Shown piece by piece: positions 8,131-17,329 of a stretch of 64,000 nt of DNA. The stretch comes from an uncultured Desulfobacteraceae bacterium. Its GTDB lineage: Bacteria > Desulfobacterota > Desulfobacteria > Desulfobacterales > UBA5852. The stretch spans positions 15,017-79,016 of the forward strand of contig CAJXSL010000021.1 of NCBI GenBank assembly GCA_913060875.1, given 5' to 3'. The notes under the pieces were generated by a model. The model did no database searches and was not told the origin of the DNA. It worked only from the letters and a program-made list of their open reading frames with translations. Position 1 is the stretch's first letter. The number at the start of each line of letters is the position of its first letter. Position numbers and translations under genes: made by a program.

Positions 8131-8835
8131 ATGAATGACCATGAAGGACGGCATGCACCGATGAATCATCACGATCCTGTTTCAGCACATACCACAATAC
8201 CTGCCCCGCCAAACCCCGACGTTTGCATTAACGGGCTGCGTCCCCTGTTTCTGGGCGTTCTTATTATCTTCATGTTAGGCATTCCGGCCTGGGCCCAGGA
8301 AACACCGGCACCGGAAACGGATCAGCCCTCGTCTACCGCTGCCATACCGGGCCCGGCCTACCGGATCGGGCCGGGGGACGTACTGGATATTTCGGTATGG
8401 AAGGATGAGGCCCTCACCAAGATGATCCCGGTGCTGCCGGACGGTACCATCTCCTTTCCCCTGGTTGGCAAACTCGAGGCCGGCGGCCGCACCCTGGAAG
8501 ATTTCAAGGCGGACCTCGAAAACCGCATTACCCGCTATGTGCCCGACCCGGTGCTTTCGGTCTCGGTCCAGCAGGTCAACAGCATGATGGTCTATGTGAT
8601 CGGTCGTGTGAACAGCCCCGGCCGGGTGATGCTCAACCGCAATGTGACCGCCCTCCAGGCCCTGGCCATGGCCGGAGGGCCCAACCCCTTTGCCAAACGC
8701 AACAAGATCAAAATCTTCCGGGAAGAGACCGATCGGACCCTGATCTTCGATTTCCCCTACGACGACATCAGCCAGGGTGAACACCTGGAGTACAATATCG
8801 AGATGCAGCGCGGCGACGTGATGGTGGTGCCGTGA
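8131..8835 (+). CDS. polysaccharide export protein (Wza/EpsE-like; Poly_export + SLBB)
   Basis: Contains YRIGPGDVLDISVW..LPDGTISFPLVGKLEAGGRTLEDF..VYVIGRVNSPG..TALQALAMAGG. The ORF is open from 8074, but ATG 8131 (or 8161), preceding the signal-like segment, is more plausible. Confidence 0.85.
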   Translation: MNDHEGRHAPMNHHDPVSAHTTIPAPPNPDVCINGLRPLFLGVLIIFMLGIPAWAQETPAPETDQPSSTAAIPGPAYRIGPGDVLDISVWKDEALTKMIPVLPDGTISFPLVGKLEAGGRTLEDFKADLENRITRYVPDPVLSVSVQQVNSMMVYVIGRVNSPGRVMLNRNVTALQALAMAGGPNPFAKRNKIKIFREETDRTLIFDFPYDDISQGEHLEYNIEMQRGDVMVVP

Positions 8836-8870
8836 TGGCGGCTAACAGGACAAGCGGGTGAAGATCGATT

Positions 8871-10142
8871 TTGCGCAATCCCGGATTTGCAATAGCGCCC
8901 CGGTGCGCCGGGGGGCCATCAATCATTGTGGCCCTGCTGCCGACAGTGCTGTTCTTGCTTTTACAGCCCGTGGACGGATGGAGCGACCCGACCCAACTCA
9001 AGCTGACCATGGGGGTGCGACAGGAATACAATGACAACATTTTCTTCGACGAAGACGATGCCGAATCCGACTTCATCACCACCGGTATTTTCGGGGTGGA
9101 CCTGGGCTATGTGGTGGAGCGTCTCCAGGCCCACGCCATCGGACGCTGGGAAGGCTACACCTACCAGGACAACAGCGACCTGGACGACGTTGACCAGGAC
9201 TACCGCCTGACCCTGGACTACCGCTTCACCCCCCGCCTCAAAGGGGGGCTTTCAGGCGCCTACATTCGCGACTTCCGACGGGACCGGGAGGTGGAGACCA
9301 CCGGCGTGGTTTTTGAAAACGAAGAGCGCACCCGCTACCAACTGGATACCGCATGGGAATACCTGCTGACCGAAATTACGGCCCTTAACCTGACGGCGAC
9401 GTACTGGAAAGACGACTACGAGCGGGATCCCACCTTCCAGGAGGAGTTCCGCGACCTGGAAGCCTATGGCGGCAATATCGGATTGTCGCAGGCCCTGAGG
9501 GTATTCAACCGGCCTACCTATGGCCGGCTGAACCTGGGCTACTACAACTACCGCTACGAGTTCAGCGAAACCGACTACTATTACCTGAACCTGGGCTTCA
9601 GTACGCAGCTCAGCGAAACCTACACCCTGCTCCTGGATGCGGGCCCGCGCTATACGGAAAACGAATATCCGGTGACGCGCATCGTGGCGGGCAGCATCCC
9701 GGGCACGTTCCGGATTGTGGCTGAGGAGGAGACCAGCGAGGACTGGGGGGGCAGCGGCCGCCTGTCCTTGGCCTATGCCGGCGAAAAAACCAACTGGGAG
9801 GCGGCCCTGAGCCGGGAAATCACGGCCTCCAGCGGCCAGAACCAGACCGTGGAGCGCACCGAAGCGAGTTTCGACTGGCGCCACTGGTTCACCGGGGAGT
9901 GGCGGGGCATGTTGACCCTGCGTTACTTCAAGAGCGAAAACGATCGGGACGATCCCCTGCTGAGCGATATCGACGAAGACACTTTTGTGGTTCATCCGCG
10001 CATGCTCTACCGGTTCAACCCGGACTGGACCCTCCGGGGCAGCTACCGCTACACCTGGGAAAAGGATAACGAAGACGATACGACCAGAGAACGCAACCAG
10101 GTGATGGTGGAAATGGTCTACAACTGGCCCGTGTGGGAGTAG
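8871..10142 (+). CDS. PEP-CTERM-system-associated outer-membrane beta-barrel candidate
   Basis: 423 aa. Signal-like N-terminus. Alternating aromatic/polar, Y/W/D/R-rich composition typical of beta-barrels. It lies between the export and chain-length genes. The TTG start is uncertain. Confidence 0.6.
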   Translation: MRNPGFAIAPRCAGGPSIIVALLPTVLFLLLQPVDGWSDPTQLKLTMGVRQEYNDNIFFDEDDAESDFITTGIFGVDLGYVVERLQAHAIGRWEGYTYQDNSDLDDVDQDYRLTLDYRFTPRLKGGLSGAYIRDFRRDREVETTGVVFENEERTRYQLDTAWEYLLTEITALNLTATYWKDDYERDPTFQEEFRDLEAYGGNIGLSQALRVFNRPTYGRLNLGYYNYRYEFSETDYYYLNLGFSTQLSETYTLLLDAGPRYTENEYPVTRIVAGSIPGTFRIVAEEETSEDWGGSGRLSLAYAGEKTNWEAALSREITASSGQNQTVERTEASFDWRHWFTGEWRGMLTLRYFKSENDRDDPLLSDIDEDTFVVHPRMLYRFNPDWTLRGSYRYTWEKDNEDDTTRERNQVMVEMVYNWPVWE

Positions 10143-10530
10143 CGCCTTGCGGCAGTGCTCGAAGCGGCTGCCTGCGGCAAAGCTCAAAGCTCAAAGCTCA
10201 AAGCTCAAAGCTCAAAGCTCAAAGCTCAAAGAAAAAAACCGTGCGTAGGAACAAACGTCAATATAAAAATTGATTTTGAGGGGGGAAATAAGCCTTAAAG
10301 CTGAAAGAAAATGCGGTTTGTTCTTTTTACGTCAAGATATGGAAGGAACTTATTCTACCAATCGCAGTGCCCCAGCCCTGCCAAAGGCAGCCGATTGACG
10401 CTTCATGCTCTGCCGTAGCCCGCGTGTTTTTAGCTTGGCTTTTTTGCGATTGCTTTGAGCTTTCAGCTTGACGCTTTGAACTCTGCCGCAGGCAGCCTCT
10501 TTCAGCTTTGAGCTTGGCGCTTTTCCGAAG
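10143..10530 (+). repeat. IVS-like CAAAGCT-arm element, ORF-less copy
   Basis: It begins directly after the stop codon. Components: CTGCC-tgc-GGCA hairpins; (CAAAGCT)n at 10178-10231; conserved module at 10232-10290; shared remnant acttattctaccaatcgca; complementary arm at 10451-10523. Confidence 0.8.
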
Positions 10531-10610
10531 GCCCTAACGAACATAACGATCTAAACTATCGTAACGACCAAAACTAACATAGCTATCCAAACTATTTATC
10601 GGGAATCTCC

Positions 10611-12215
10611 ATGGAACAGGAAACCATCAATCTGAGCGATTTTACCGACATCATCCGCCGGCGGCGCTGGAGTTTCATCCTCCCGGCCGGTGCCATCTTC
10701 CTCCTGGCGGTCCTGGTGGCCCTGGCCCTGTCGCCGGTATACAAGTCCACGGCCACCATCCTGATCGAGGAGCAGGAAATCCCGTCGGATTTCGTCATCA
10801 CCACGGTCACCAGCTACGTGGAGCAGCGCCTCCAGAGCATCAACCAGCGCATCATGAGCTCCACCCGCCTGCTGGAGATCATCGACCGCTTCAACCTCTA
10901 TGCCGACGAGCGCGACAAGCGCACCACCGAAGAAATCGTCGAAAAGATGCGGGAAGACGTGCTGCTGGAACCCATCAGCACCGAAGTCATGGACAAGCGC
11001 ACGGGGCGGGCCACCATGGCCACCATCGCCTTTTCCCTGTCCTACGAAGCCAAGGAGACCCCGGCCAAAGTCCAGAAGGTGGCCTCCCAGTTGACCTCCC
11101 TCTTCCTGGAGGAAAACCTCAAGGTGCGCGAGCGCCAGACCTCGGAGACCTCCCAGTTCCTGCGGGATGAGAGTGCGCGCGTCAAAGCCCAGATGGACCA
11201 GATCGAGGGCGAAATCGCAGTTTTCAAACAGGCCCACATCAACGAACTGCCCGAGATGCTGCAGCTCAACATGCAGGAACTGAGCAATATCGATCGCAAC
11301 ATGGAGCGTTTGCAGGAGAACCTGCGCACCCTCAATCAGCGGGAAGGCTACCTCCAGGCTGAACTTTCCACCACCTCCCCTAAATGGCACAAAAGCTGGG
11401 TTGCTGAAAAAGACGAGGACGTCAAACGCCTGGAGTTCCTTGAAGTCCAGTTGATTTCCCTGAAGACCCGCTATTCCGACGAATACCCGGACGTAGTCAA
11501 AACCGTCCAAGAAATCGACACCATCAAGCGACGTCTGGACGAAGCTGGGGTGGACTACTCCCGCCAAAACGGCAAGGACCACGATACACCGGAAAACCCG
11601 GCCTATATCAGTCTGTCGGCACAACTGAGCGGGGTGCAGTCGGAAATCGAGACCATCAACCGCCAGATCGCCAGTTTCGAGGGCACCGCCCTCCGATACA
11701 AGCAGCGCATTGCCGCCACCCCGGCCGTGGAGGAAACCTACAACGCCCTGCTCTCGCGCCAGGCCAACACCCGCCTGAAATACAACGACCTGCTCCAGAA
11801 AACCATGGAAGCCGAAGTGGCCCAGGGCCTGGAAAAAGACCAGAAGGGCGAGCGCTTCACCCTCATCGACCCGGCCCGCCTGCCGGAAAAACCCTTCAAG
11901 CCCAACCGGCTGGCCATCGTGCTGATCGGTATTGTTTTGGGCATGGGCGCAGGGGTGGGCTGGGCCGCCCTGCGGGAGTTCACGGATGATGCGGTCCACA
12001 ATGCGGAGGCCCTTACCCGCAGCACCGGCTTCCCGGTACTCTCGGGCATTCCGGCCATCATAACCCCGTCCGAAACCGAACACCGGCAGCGCATGCAAAA
12101 AGTCAAAATCATCGCTGCCGTGGCCGCCGTACCGTTGGCCATCGTCATCTTCCATTTTTTTATCATGGACCTGGATATCTTCTGGGCCAAGCTGATGCGA
12201 CGGTTGGGGTTATAG
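10611..12215 (+). CDS. polysaccharide chain-length determinant protein (Wzz/EpsF-like, PEP-CTERM locus type)
   Basis: 534 aa. It has an N-terminal TM helix, a Wzz motif region (..SPVYKSTATILIEEQ..), a long coiled-coil periplasmic domain and a C-terminal TM helix. Confidence 0.85.
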   Translation: MEQETINLSDFTDIIRRRRWSFILPAGAIFLLAVLVALALSPVYKSTATILIEEQEIPSDFVITTVTSYVEQRLQSINQRIMSSTRLLEIIDRFNLYADERDKRTTEEIVEKMREDVLLEPISTEVMDKRTGRATMATIAFSLSYEAKETPAKVQKVASQLTSLFLEENLKVRERQTSETSQFLRDESARVKAQMDQIEGEIAVFKQAHINELPEMLQLNMQELSNIDRNMERLQENLRTLNQREGYLQAELSTTSPKWHKSWVAEKDEDVKRLEFLEVQLISLKTRYSDEYPDVVKTVQEIDTIKRRLDEAGVDYSRQNGKDHDTPENPAYISLSAQLSGVQSEIETINRQIASFEGTALRYKQRIAATPAVEETYNALLSRQANTRLKYNDLLQKTMEAEVAQGLEKDQKGERFTLIDPARLPEKPFKPNRLAIVLIGIVLGMGAGVGWAALREFTDDAVHNAEALTRSTGFPVLSGIPAIITPSETEHRQRMQKVKIIAAVAAVPLAIVIFHFFIMDLDIFWAKLMRRLGL

Positions 12216-12242
12216 ATTTGCCTGCGGCAAATCTATAACCCC
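12206..12242 (+). terminator. perfect 17-bp-stem hairpin overlapping the wzz-like stop codon (no T-tract)
   Basis: ggggttatagatttgcc-tgc-ggcaaatctataacccc. TAG 12213-12215 lies inside the 5' stem. It may act as a terminator or processing site, but there is no U-run. Confidence 0.4.
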
Positions 12243-12480
12243 AAGCTGAAAGGGACTGCGAAAAGATCGAAATATAAAATGGGAAAATAAGAAAAAGCTC
12301 AAAGCGGCAACCTGTAGGTTTTATCTATTTTCCTAATTCACTATTTTCCAATTTCTTGTTTTTGCCCTGTCTTTAAGCTTGGCGCTGCTTTTAACGCAGT
12401 TCCTTTGAGCTTTCAGCTTTGAGCTTCGAGCCCTGCCGCAGGCAGCCCTTTGAGCTTTCAGCTTGACGCTTTGAGCTTCA
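12243..12480 (+). repeat. CAAAGCT-family element, mainly the complementary (GAGCTTT) arm
   Basis: 12373-12478 reads cttggcgctgcttttaacgcagttcctttgagctttcagctttgagcttcgagccctgccgcaggcagccctttgagctttcagcttgacgctttgagc. Short sense units (aagctgaaagg, aaagctcaaagcgg) lie at 12243-12325. Confidence 0.75.
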
Positions 12481-12577
12481 TTATTGGCCTAAGGCCCCAA
12501 CTATCAAACTAACGAAACTATCAAGACTATCTTAACTGTCTACCATATTAACTCTTTAAACGATTATAAGGTACCCC

Positions 12578-13324
12578 ATGGCAACCGAGATACTTACCGA
12601 ACAAGACTTTATCGACAGTGACGATGAAACCAGGCTGGGGTGGAATTCACCTTCCTACACCCAGTCCCAGTCCGTGACCCTGGCGCCTGATGTGCTCATC
12701 GCCAACCGCTGCATCGGCATCGAGCCGGATTCGGACGAGATCGAGCACTACAAGCTGCTGCGCACCCAGGTGCAGCAGCGCACCCGGGACAAGGGCTGGA
12801 ACACGGTGATGGTCACCAGCGCCAACCCCGGAGAGGGCAAAACCGTCACCGCGATCAACCTGGCCCTGACCTTTGCCCTGGAATTCAGCAACACCGCTCT
12901 GCTGGTGGATGCCGACCTGAAGCAGCAGAACATCCACAAAACCCTGGGCTACCAGAGCAATTACGGCTTGAGCGACTACCTGCTGCACGACCAACCCCTG
13001 AACGACCTTATCGTCTGGCCCGGCATTGAAAAGCTCACCATCATTTCAGGCCGCCGGACCATTGAAAACAGCACCGAACTGCTCGGCAGCACCCGCATGC
13101 GCGAACTGGTGCATGAAATGAAGTCCCGCTACGACGACCGCTACGTGATCTTCGACGTTCCTCCCCTGCTGAACGTGGCCGATGCAGTGGCTTTCGCCCC
13201 CATTGTGGACAGCATCCTCATGGTCGTGGAGGAAGGCCGAACCGCCAACAGCGATATCCAGACCGCCCTCAAGATGATCCCCCAGGATAAATTTTTGGGA
13301 TTCGTGATGAATCGAAAGAAGTAG
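12578..13324 (+). CDS. exopolysaccharide-locus P-loop ATPase / tyrosine autokinase-like protein (EpsG-like)
   Basis: 248 aa. Walker A VTSANPGEGKTVTAINLA, Walker A' LLVDADL, Walker B VIFDVPP. No obvious C-terminal Tyr cluster. Confidence 0.8.
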   Translation: MATEILTEQDFIDSDDETRLGWNSPSYTQSQSVTLAPDVLIANRCIGIEPDSDEIEHYKLLRTQVQQRTRDKGWNTVMVTSANPGEGKTVTAINLALTFALEFSNTALLVDADLKQQNIHKTLGYQSNYGLSDYLLHDQPLNDLIVWPGIEKLTIISGRRTIENSTELLGSTRMRELVHEMKSRYDDRYVIFDVPPLLNVADAVAFAPIVDSILMVVEEGRTANSDIQTALKMIPQDKFLGFVMNRKK

Positions 13325-13339
13325 GGACGAAGGCTCAGA

Positions 13340-14030
13340 GGGCCTGAGCTCAAAGCTCAAAGCTCAAAGCTCAAAGCTCAAAGCTCAAAGAAAACCGTGC
13401 GTAGGAACAGACGTCAAGCAAAAAATTTGATTTATAGAGGGAAATAAGCCTGAAGCTGAAAGCTGAAAGCTGAAAGGAAAACCTAAAACAAAGGGCAAAA
13501 TCAAATAAATTCGAAAATCAATAATCAAGCGTTTGGATATGAAGATCTTAAAGTTTGGGATCGAGCGGTGTCATTTGCCGTAATGGTTATCGACGCAACA
13601 GAATGTATTGACACCAGCCGGCAGCATTATCGTCTGATCGAGCAAATCGAAGCCTCCTCGACAAGTGTTGCCATGAACATTGCAGAAGGCAAAGGGCGTT
13701 TCTCCCTCAAGGAATTCAAACATTTTTGCTACATTTCCAGGGGCAGCCTGTACGAGACCATGACGCTACTGGAAATATTTCATCGTAAAGACTGGATATC
13801 TTCGGCGAAATATGACGAGTTAAAAGCGGAAGCCATTGAGATCGCCGCAATGATCAAAGGGCTTATCAATTCTCTTCGAACGGAATGAGCTTGTTTGTTT
13901 TCCTTCGCGCTTTACGATTTTAGGAAGTTCCTTTGAGCTTTCAGCTTGACGCTTTGAGCTTGTTTTTTCTCCCTTTGAGCTTTCAGCTTGGCGCTTCTTT
14001 TCATCGCTGTTCCTTTGAGCTTATTTCCCG
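13340..14030 (+). repeat. IVS-like CAAAGCT-arm element, full-length copy
   Basis: Components: (CAAAGCT)n at 13346-13390; conserved module at 13391-13445; (GAAAGCT)3 at 13449-13477; ORF; complementary arrays at 13929-14023. Confidence 0.8.
13568..13888 (+). CDS. four-helix-bundle protein paralog; ancestral ATG replaced (GCG at 13529-13531)
   Basis: Homology to the 7565 copy starts at 13532 (FGYEDLKVWDRAV..), but the codon aligned to its ATG is GCG. The first usable in-frame starts are GTG 13568 and ATG 13583. It is possibly a decaying copy. Confidence 0.6.
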   Translation: MSFAVMVIDATECIDTSRQHYRLIEQIEASSTSVAMNIAEGKGRFSLKEFKHFCYISRGSLYETMTLLEIFHRKDWISSAKYDELKAEAIEIAAMIKGLINSLRTE

Positions 14031-14289
14031 TCTTTTCCCTTTTCACCCCCCTTCAGATTCCGGGCGGCCACGGCAAGCTCCGGACCCCGTCGCATCGCTT
14101 CCCTGAACATGCCCACCGCTTTTCCGTCTTCCCCCGCATGCGATAGATCATTCCCATATTGTTATGGGCCCGTGCCAGCGTATAGGCGCGCCGCAGGAGG
14201 TCGAAGGCCTCGTCCTGTCTGCCGTTCAGCCCCGGGCACAGGGCAGGATGTGTACATTTTAGGGTGCTTATGTTAGGTGGATGTTTCAT
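14021..14289 (-). pseudogene. small TPR-like ORF with a probable -1 frameshift in a G5 run (plus-strand ccccc at 14131-14135)
   Basis: The listed ORF (14053-14289) reads ..EAFDLLRRAYTLARAHNNMGMIYRMRG, then nonsense. Shifting frame after the G-run gives EDGKAVGMFREAMRRGPELAVAARNLKGG.., a good TPR continuation that ends at TAA 14021-14023. Confidence 0.35.
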
Positions 14290-14357
14290 CTCGTCCCTAT
14301 AACCCCGGATATTTTACGCGTTCGGGATAATGGATTCAAACGGAGGAGCACTAAAGC

Positions 14358-14753
14358 ATGCGCGGATTCTTGATTCGGTGGATCGTATTGGGCGTCGCCA
14401 TCAGCTTGGCGGCTTTTTTCCTGGACGGCATTCGTGTCAGCGGCATTCTGGCCACCCTGGGGGCCGCGGCCATGCTGGGGATCCTGAATGCCTTTTTCCG
14501 CCCTTTGGCCTTGATCATCACGCTGCCCATCAACATCCTGAGCCTGGGCCTGTTTACCTTTATCATCAATGCCGCCATGCTCAAGATGGCCTCCGCCCTG
14601 ATACCTGGATTCGATGTCCACGGGTTCTGGACGGCCATTTTCGGCTCACTGATCATCAGTATCGTCAGTTTTCTAATCAACAGTTTTGTCGATGACCGGG
14701 GGCAGGTGGACTTCATCGATCTGCATCACCGGGGCAACAATCGCTGGGAGTAG
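14358..14753 (+). CDS. DUF360 / phage-holin-4_2 family membrane protein
   Basis: 131 aa with four TM segments (..LGILNAFFRPLALIITLPINILSLGLFTFIINAAML..). RBS ggagga lies upstream. Confidence 0.75.
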   Translation: MRGFLIRWIVLGVAISLAAFFLDGIRVSGILATLGAAAMLGILNAFFRPLALIITLPINILSLGLFTFIINAAMLKMASALIPGFDVHGFWTAIFGSLIISIVSFLINSFVDDRGQVDFIDLHHRGNNRWE

Positions 14754-14755
14754 GA

Positions 14756-14818
14756 ACTGCCTTCGGCAGAGCTCAAAGCGGCTGCCTTTGGCAGAGCTCA
14801 AAGCTGAAAGCTCAAAGG
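14756..14818 (+). repeat. CAAAGCT-family half element (sense units only)
   Basis: The segment is ctgccttcggcagagctcaaagcggctgcctttggcagagctcaaagctgaaagctcaaagg. It is followed by aaaagcagaaaagagaaattaggaaaataag. Confidence 0.7.
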
Positions 14819-14925
14819 AAAAGCAGAAAAGAGAAATTAGGAAAATAAGTGTGCGACATGTAAATGGTTTGGTTTTCCATCCCAGTTACCTATTTCGCTA
14901 TTTTCTATTTGACTGAATTTCGACC

Positions 14926-15498
14926 ATGGATACCCAACAGGCTTTGGACATACTGGGACTGAGCGCCACCCCTTCCCTGGCGGAGGTCAAGAAAGCCTAC
15001 CGGGAGCAGGTCAAGCTGTGGCATCCCGACCGGTATTCCAACGGGTCCGCCATGAAGCATCTGGCGGAAAAAAATATCCAGGATGCCAACCTGGCCTACG
15101 CCTGGCTAAAGCGCAGGCTCCCGCCGGCGTCAGCCGCCCCCACAGTCCTGCAAGCCCGCCCCCCCGGACGAACTTACCGGCCGGATCGCCTGGCACGGCT
15201 CCTCGATTGGATCGGCCGCCGCTTTCCCCACCTCGAACTCCGACCGATCCTCGATTGGCTGCGGCGCGATGCCCGCAACCGCTTTCGCCCCTGGTATCGC
15301 TATCCCGACAGTTCGGGTGATGACAAGCCGCGAAACGCAAATGAAAGCTTTGACCATGCCCTCCAACGGGCCCTGCGCAATCCCTCCGCTATCCGGCGGA
15401 TCCAGCGCTCACCCGGCACGCCCCACCCCGACAATGAAGATGATAGGGTTAAGCCCGTTGGAGGGGTTCCCAAATCGGGCAAATCACCTCGTTCGTGA
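14926..15498 (+). CDS. J-domain (DnaJ N-terminal domain) protein
   Basis: The N-terminus ALDILGLSATPSLAEVKKAYREQVKLWHPDR carries the HPD motif. The rest is Pro/Arg-rich. Confidence 0.8.
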   Translation: MDTQQALDILGLSATPSLAEVKKAYREQVKLWHPDRYSNGSAMKHLAEKNIQDANLAYAWLKRRLPPASAAPTVLQARPPGRTYRPDRLARLLDWIGRRFPHLELRPILDWLRRDARNRFRPWYRYPDSSGDDKPRNANESFDHALQRALRNPSAIRRIQRSPGTPHPDNEDDRVKPVGGVPKSGKSPRS

Positions 15499-15513
15499 AA
15501 GAAGGGGGATCCC

Positions 15514-15960
15514 ATGACCACGCAATCAACCCCAAGCAAGGCAGCCAATATCAGTGCCGCCCTTTTGTTGGCGGCCCTGGCTTTCTTCGGCAATGGCTGT
15601 GCTGCCAAACGTCCTGTCCTCTACCCCAATCACCACCTCGCCATGGTCGGCCCGGAGGCGGCTGAAGCCGACATCGAATACTGCCTGGAACTCGCCCGGA
15701 ATTATGGCGCCGATACAGCGGCGGGGGAAAAAGTGGCCAGGGACACGGTCACCGGGGCGGCCGTGGGGGGCGCCACCGGCGCTGCCGTGGGGGCGATCTT
15801 GGGTGATTTTGGCAAGGGCGCGGCCGCCGGTGCGGCCGGCGGGGCGGCCGGATCACTGACCCGCAGCATCATCCGCTCAGACGAGCCGGACCCGATCCAC
15901 CGTCGCTTTGTGGAACGCTGTCTGCGCGACATGGGCTATGAACCCATCGGCTGGCGCTAA
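15514..15960 (+). CDS. glycine-zipper lipoprotein
   Basis: Lipobox FFGNGC. Gly/Ala zipper GAAVGGATGAAVGAILGDFGKGAAAGAAGGAAG. Confidence 0.65.
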   Translation: MTTQSTPSKAANISAALLLAALAFFGNGCAAKRPVLYPNHHLAMVGPEAAEADIEYCLELARNYGADTAAGEKVARDTVTGAAVGGATGAAVGAILGDFGKGAAAGAAGGAAGSLTRSIIRSDEPDPIHRRFVERCLRDMGYEPIGWR

Positions 15961-15984
15961 CCCCGAATACATCATGAAGCTAAA

Positions 15985-16283
15985 AAAAGCTCAAAGCTCA
16001 AAGCTCAAAGCTCAAAGCTCAAAGCTCAAAGCTCAAAGCTCAAAGCTCAAAGAAAAAACCAGCACAGAGAAACAAACGTCAAGCAAAAAATTTGTTTTAG
16101 AGAGAAAAAAAACGATTCGCGGATCAATAACCAAGTATTTGGGCATGAAGAGTTGAAAAGCACTTATTCTACCAATCGCAATGGCCCGGAAAAAAATCAG
16201 TCACCGGCCATATCTATTGCTTCGAGCCTTGCTGTAGGCAGTCCCTTTCAGCTTTCAGCTTTGAGCTCTGCCGAAGGCAGCCG
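15985..16283 (+). repeat. IVS-like CAAAGCT-arm element with an internally deleted ORF
   Basis: Components: (CAAAGCT)n at 15985-16052; conserved module; ORF leader and first codons (gattcgcggatcaataaccaagtatttgggcatgaagagttgaaa), then a jump to acttattctaccaatcgca; complementary arm at 16221-16283. Confidence 0.8.
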
Positions 16284-16944
16284 CCTCATACGCCGTGTCC
16301 GCCGGCAGGTTCGGCCGGGACATGGCCTGACCGGCCAATTGATCACAACGCTCGTTCCATTCATGCCCGGCATGGCCCTTGACCCATCTGAATTCCACCT
16401 GCAGGGATCCCAGCCGGTCCAGAAGCCGCTTCCATAGATCCGGGTTTTTGGCCGGGTTGCCGTCCGCTTTTTTCCATCCCTTTTTTTTCCAGCCAAACAC
16501 CCATTTTTTATTGATGGCGTCCACCATGTAGCGGGAATCGCTGTGCAGGACAACGGGTCGGTCCCCTTCCAGGTGTTCCAATGCCACGATGCAGGCCATG
16601 AGCTCCATGCGGTTGTTGGTGGTCCGCCGGTAGCCTCCGGATAATTCCTGCCTGTCCCCCTGGGGAGAAATGATCACAACCCCGTACCCTCCGGGGCCCG
16701 GGTTGCCGATGGCGCCGCCGTCGGTATAGACCACCACTCGGGTGCCGTCGTCTGGCTGGGATTTCTTGGCGGAGGGCCGGCCTTCGCTCAAAAAGGCTTC
16801 CGCCTCTCCGCGGGTAGGGAATCCCCGATATTGTGCTCCGGCAAATCCCTGCACCTGAATTTGAGCGCCTTCCGGCCCGAACCATTCTCTGAATATACCG
16901 GTCTTGTGCCCCCGTCGGACGGCATAAAATTTCTTTTTGGCCAC
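16255..16944 (-). CDS. rnhA: ribonuclease HI with N-terminal hybrid-binding domain
   Basis: KKFYAVRRGHKTGIFREWFG..FPTRGEAEAFL is an RNase H1-type N-terminal domain. VVVYTDGGAIGNPGPGGYG..TNNRMELMA..WVKGHAGHEWNERCD is the catalytic domain. GTG 16944 with RBS aggaaa is preferred over TTG 16962. Confidence 0.9.
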   Translation of the reverse strand: MAKKKFYAVRRGHKTGIFREWFGPEGAQIQVQGFAGAQYRGFPTRGEAEAFLSEGRPSAKKSQPDDGTRVVVYTDGGAIGNPGPGGYGVVIISPQGDRQELSGGYRRTTNNRMELMACIVALEHLEGDRPVVLHSDSRYMVDAINKKWVFGWKKKGWKKADGNPAKNPDLWKRLLDRLGSLQVEFRWVKGHAGHEWNERCDQLAGQAMSRPNLPADTAYEAAAFGRAQS

Positions 16945-17149
16945 GGCTGCTTTCCTGATCAATAGAAATGTTAGAAAAAAGTGCGGCTACCATGGCATAT
17001 CGTCTGGCATAGGTCCAGCCACATTTGGCTTTTTTTCTGGACGGTTTCGTAAAACGTCCGATACGGCGTTTTGTTCTCGACGTGAAGCGTCGTACTTTCA
17101 GCTTGGGGCTTTGGGTTTATTACTATTTCACCAACCGCTTCGCTCGAGG

Positions 17150-17290
17150 CAGGGTTTTGGGCCTTGAGCCTGTTGGAGGTCTTGGGCCTTCGGCCGTTGG
17201 AGGTTTTGGGCCTTCGGCCGTTTGAGGTATATGGTTTGAGGATTTTTTGCCTTCACCCTCCAACCTCAGACCTCCAACAGCTTGCGCAGC
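17150..17290 (+). repeat. short hairpin element with TTGGAGGT/TTGGGCC units and complementary CCTCCAAC units
   Basis: Left units: tgttggaggtcttgggccttcggccgttggaggttttgggccttcggccgtttgaggt. Complementary units: caccctccaacctcagacctccaac. Confidence 0.7.
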
Positions 17291-17329
17291 AAACCTCTTT
17301 GAGCTTTTCCCTATTTCCATATTTTCTGA

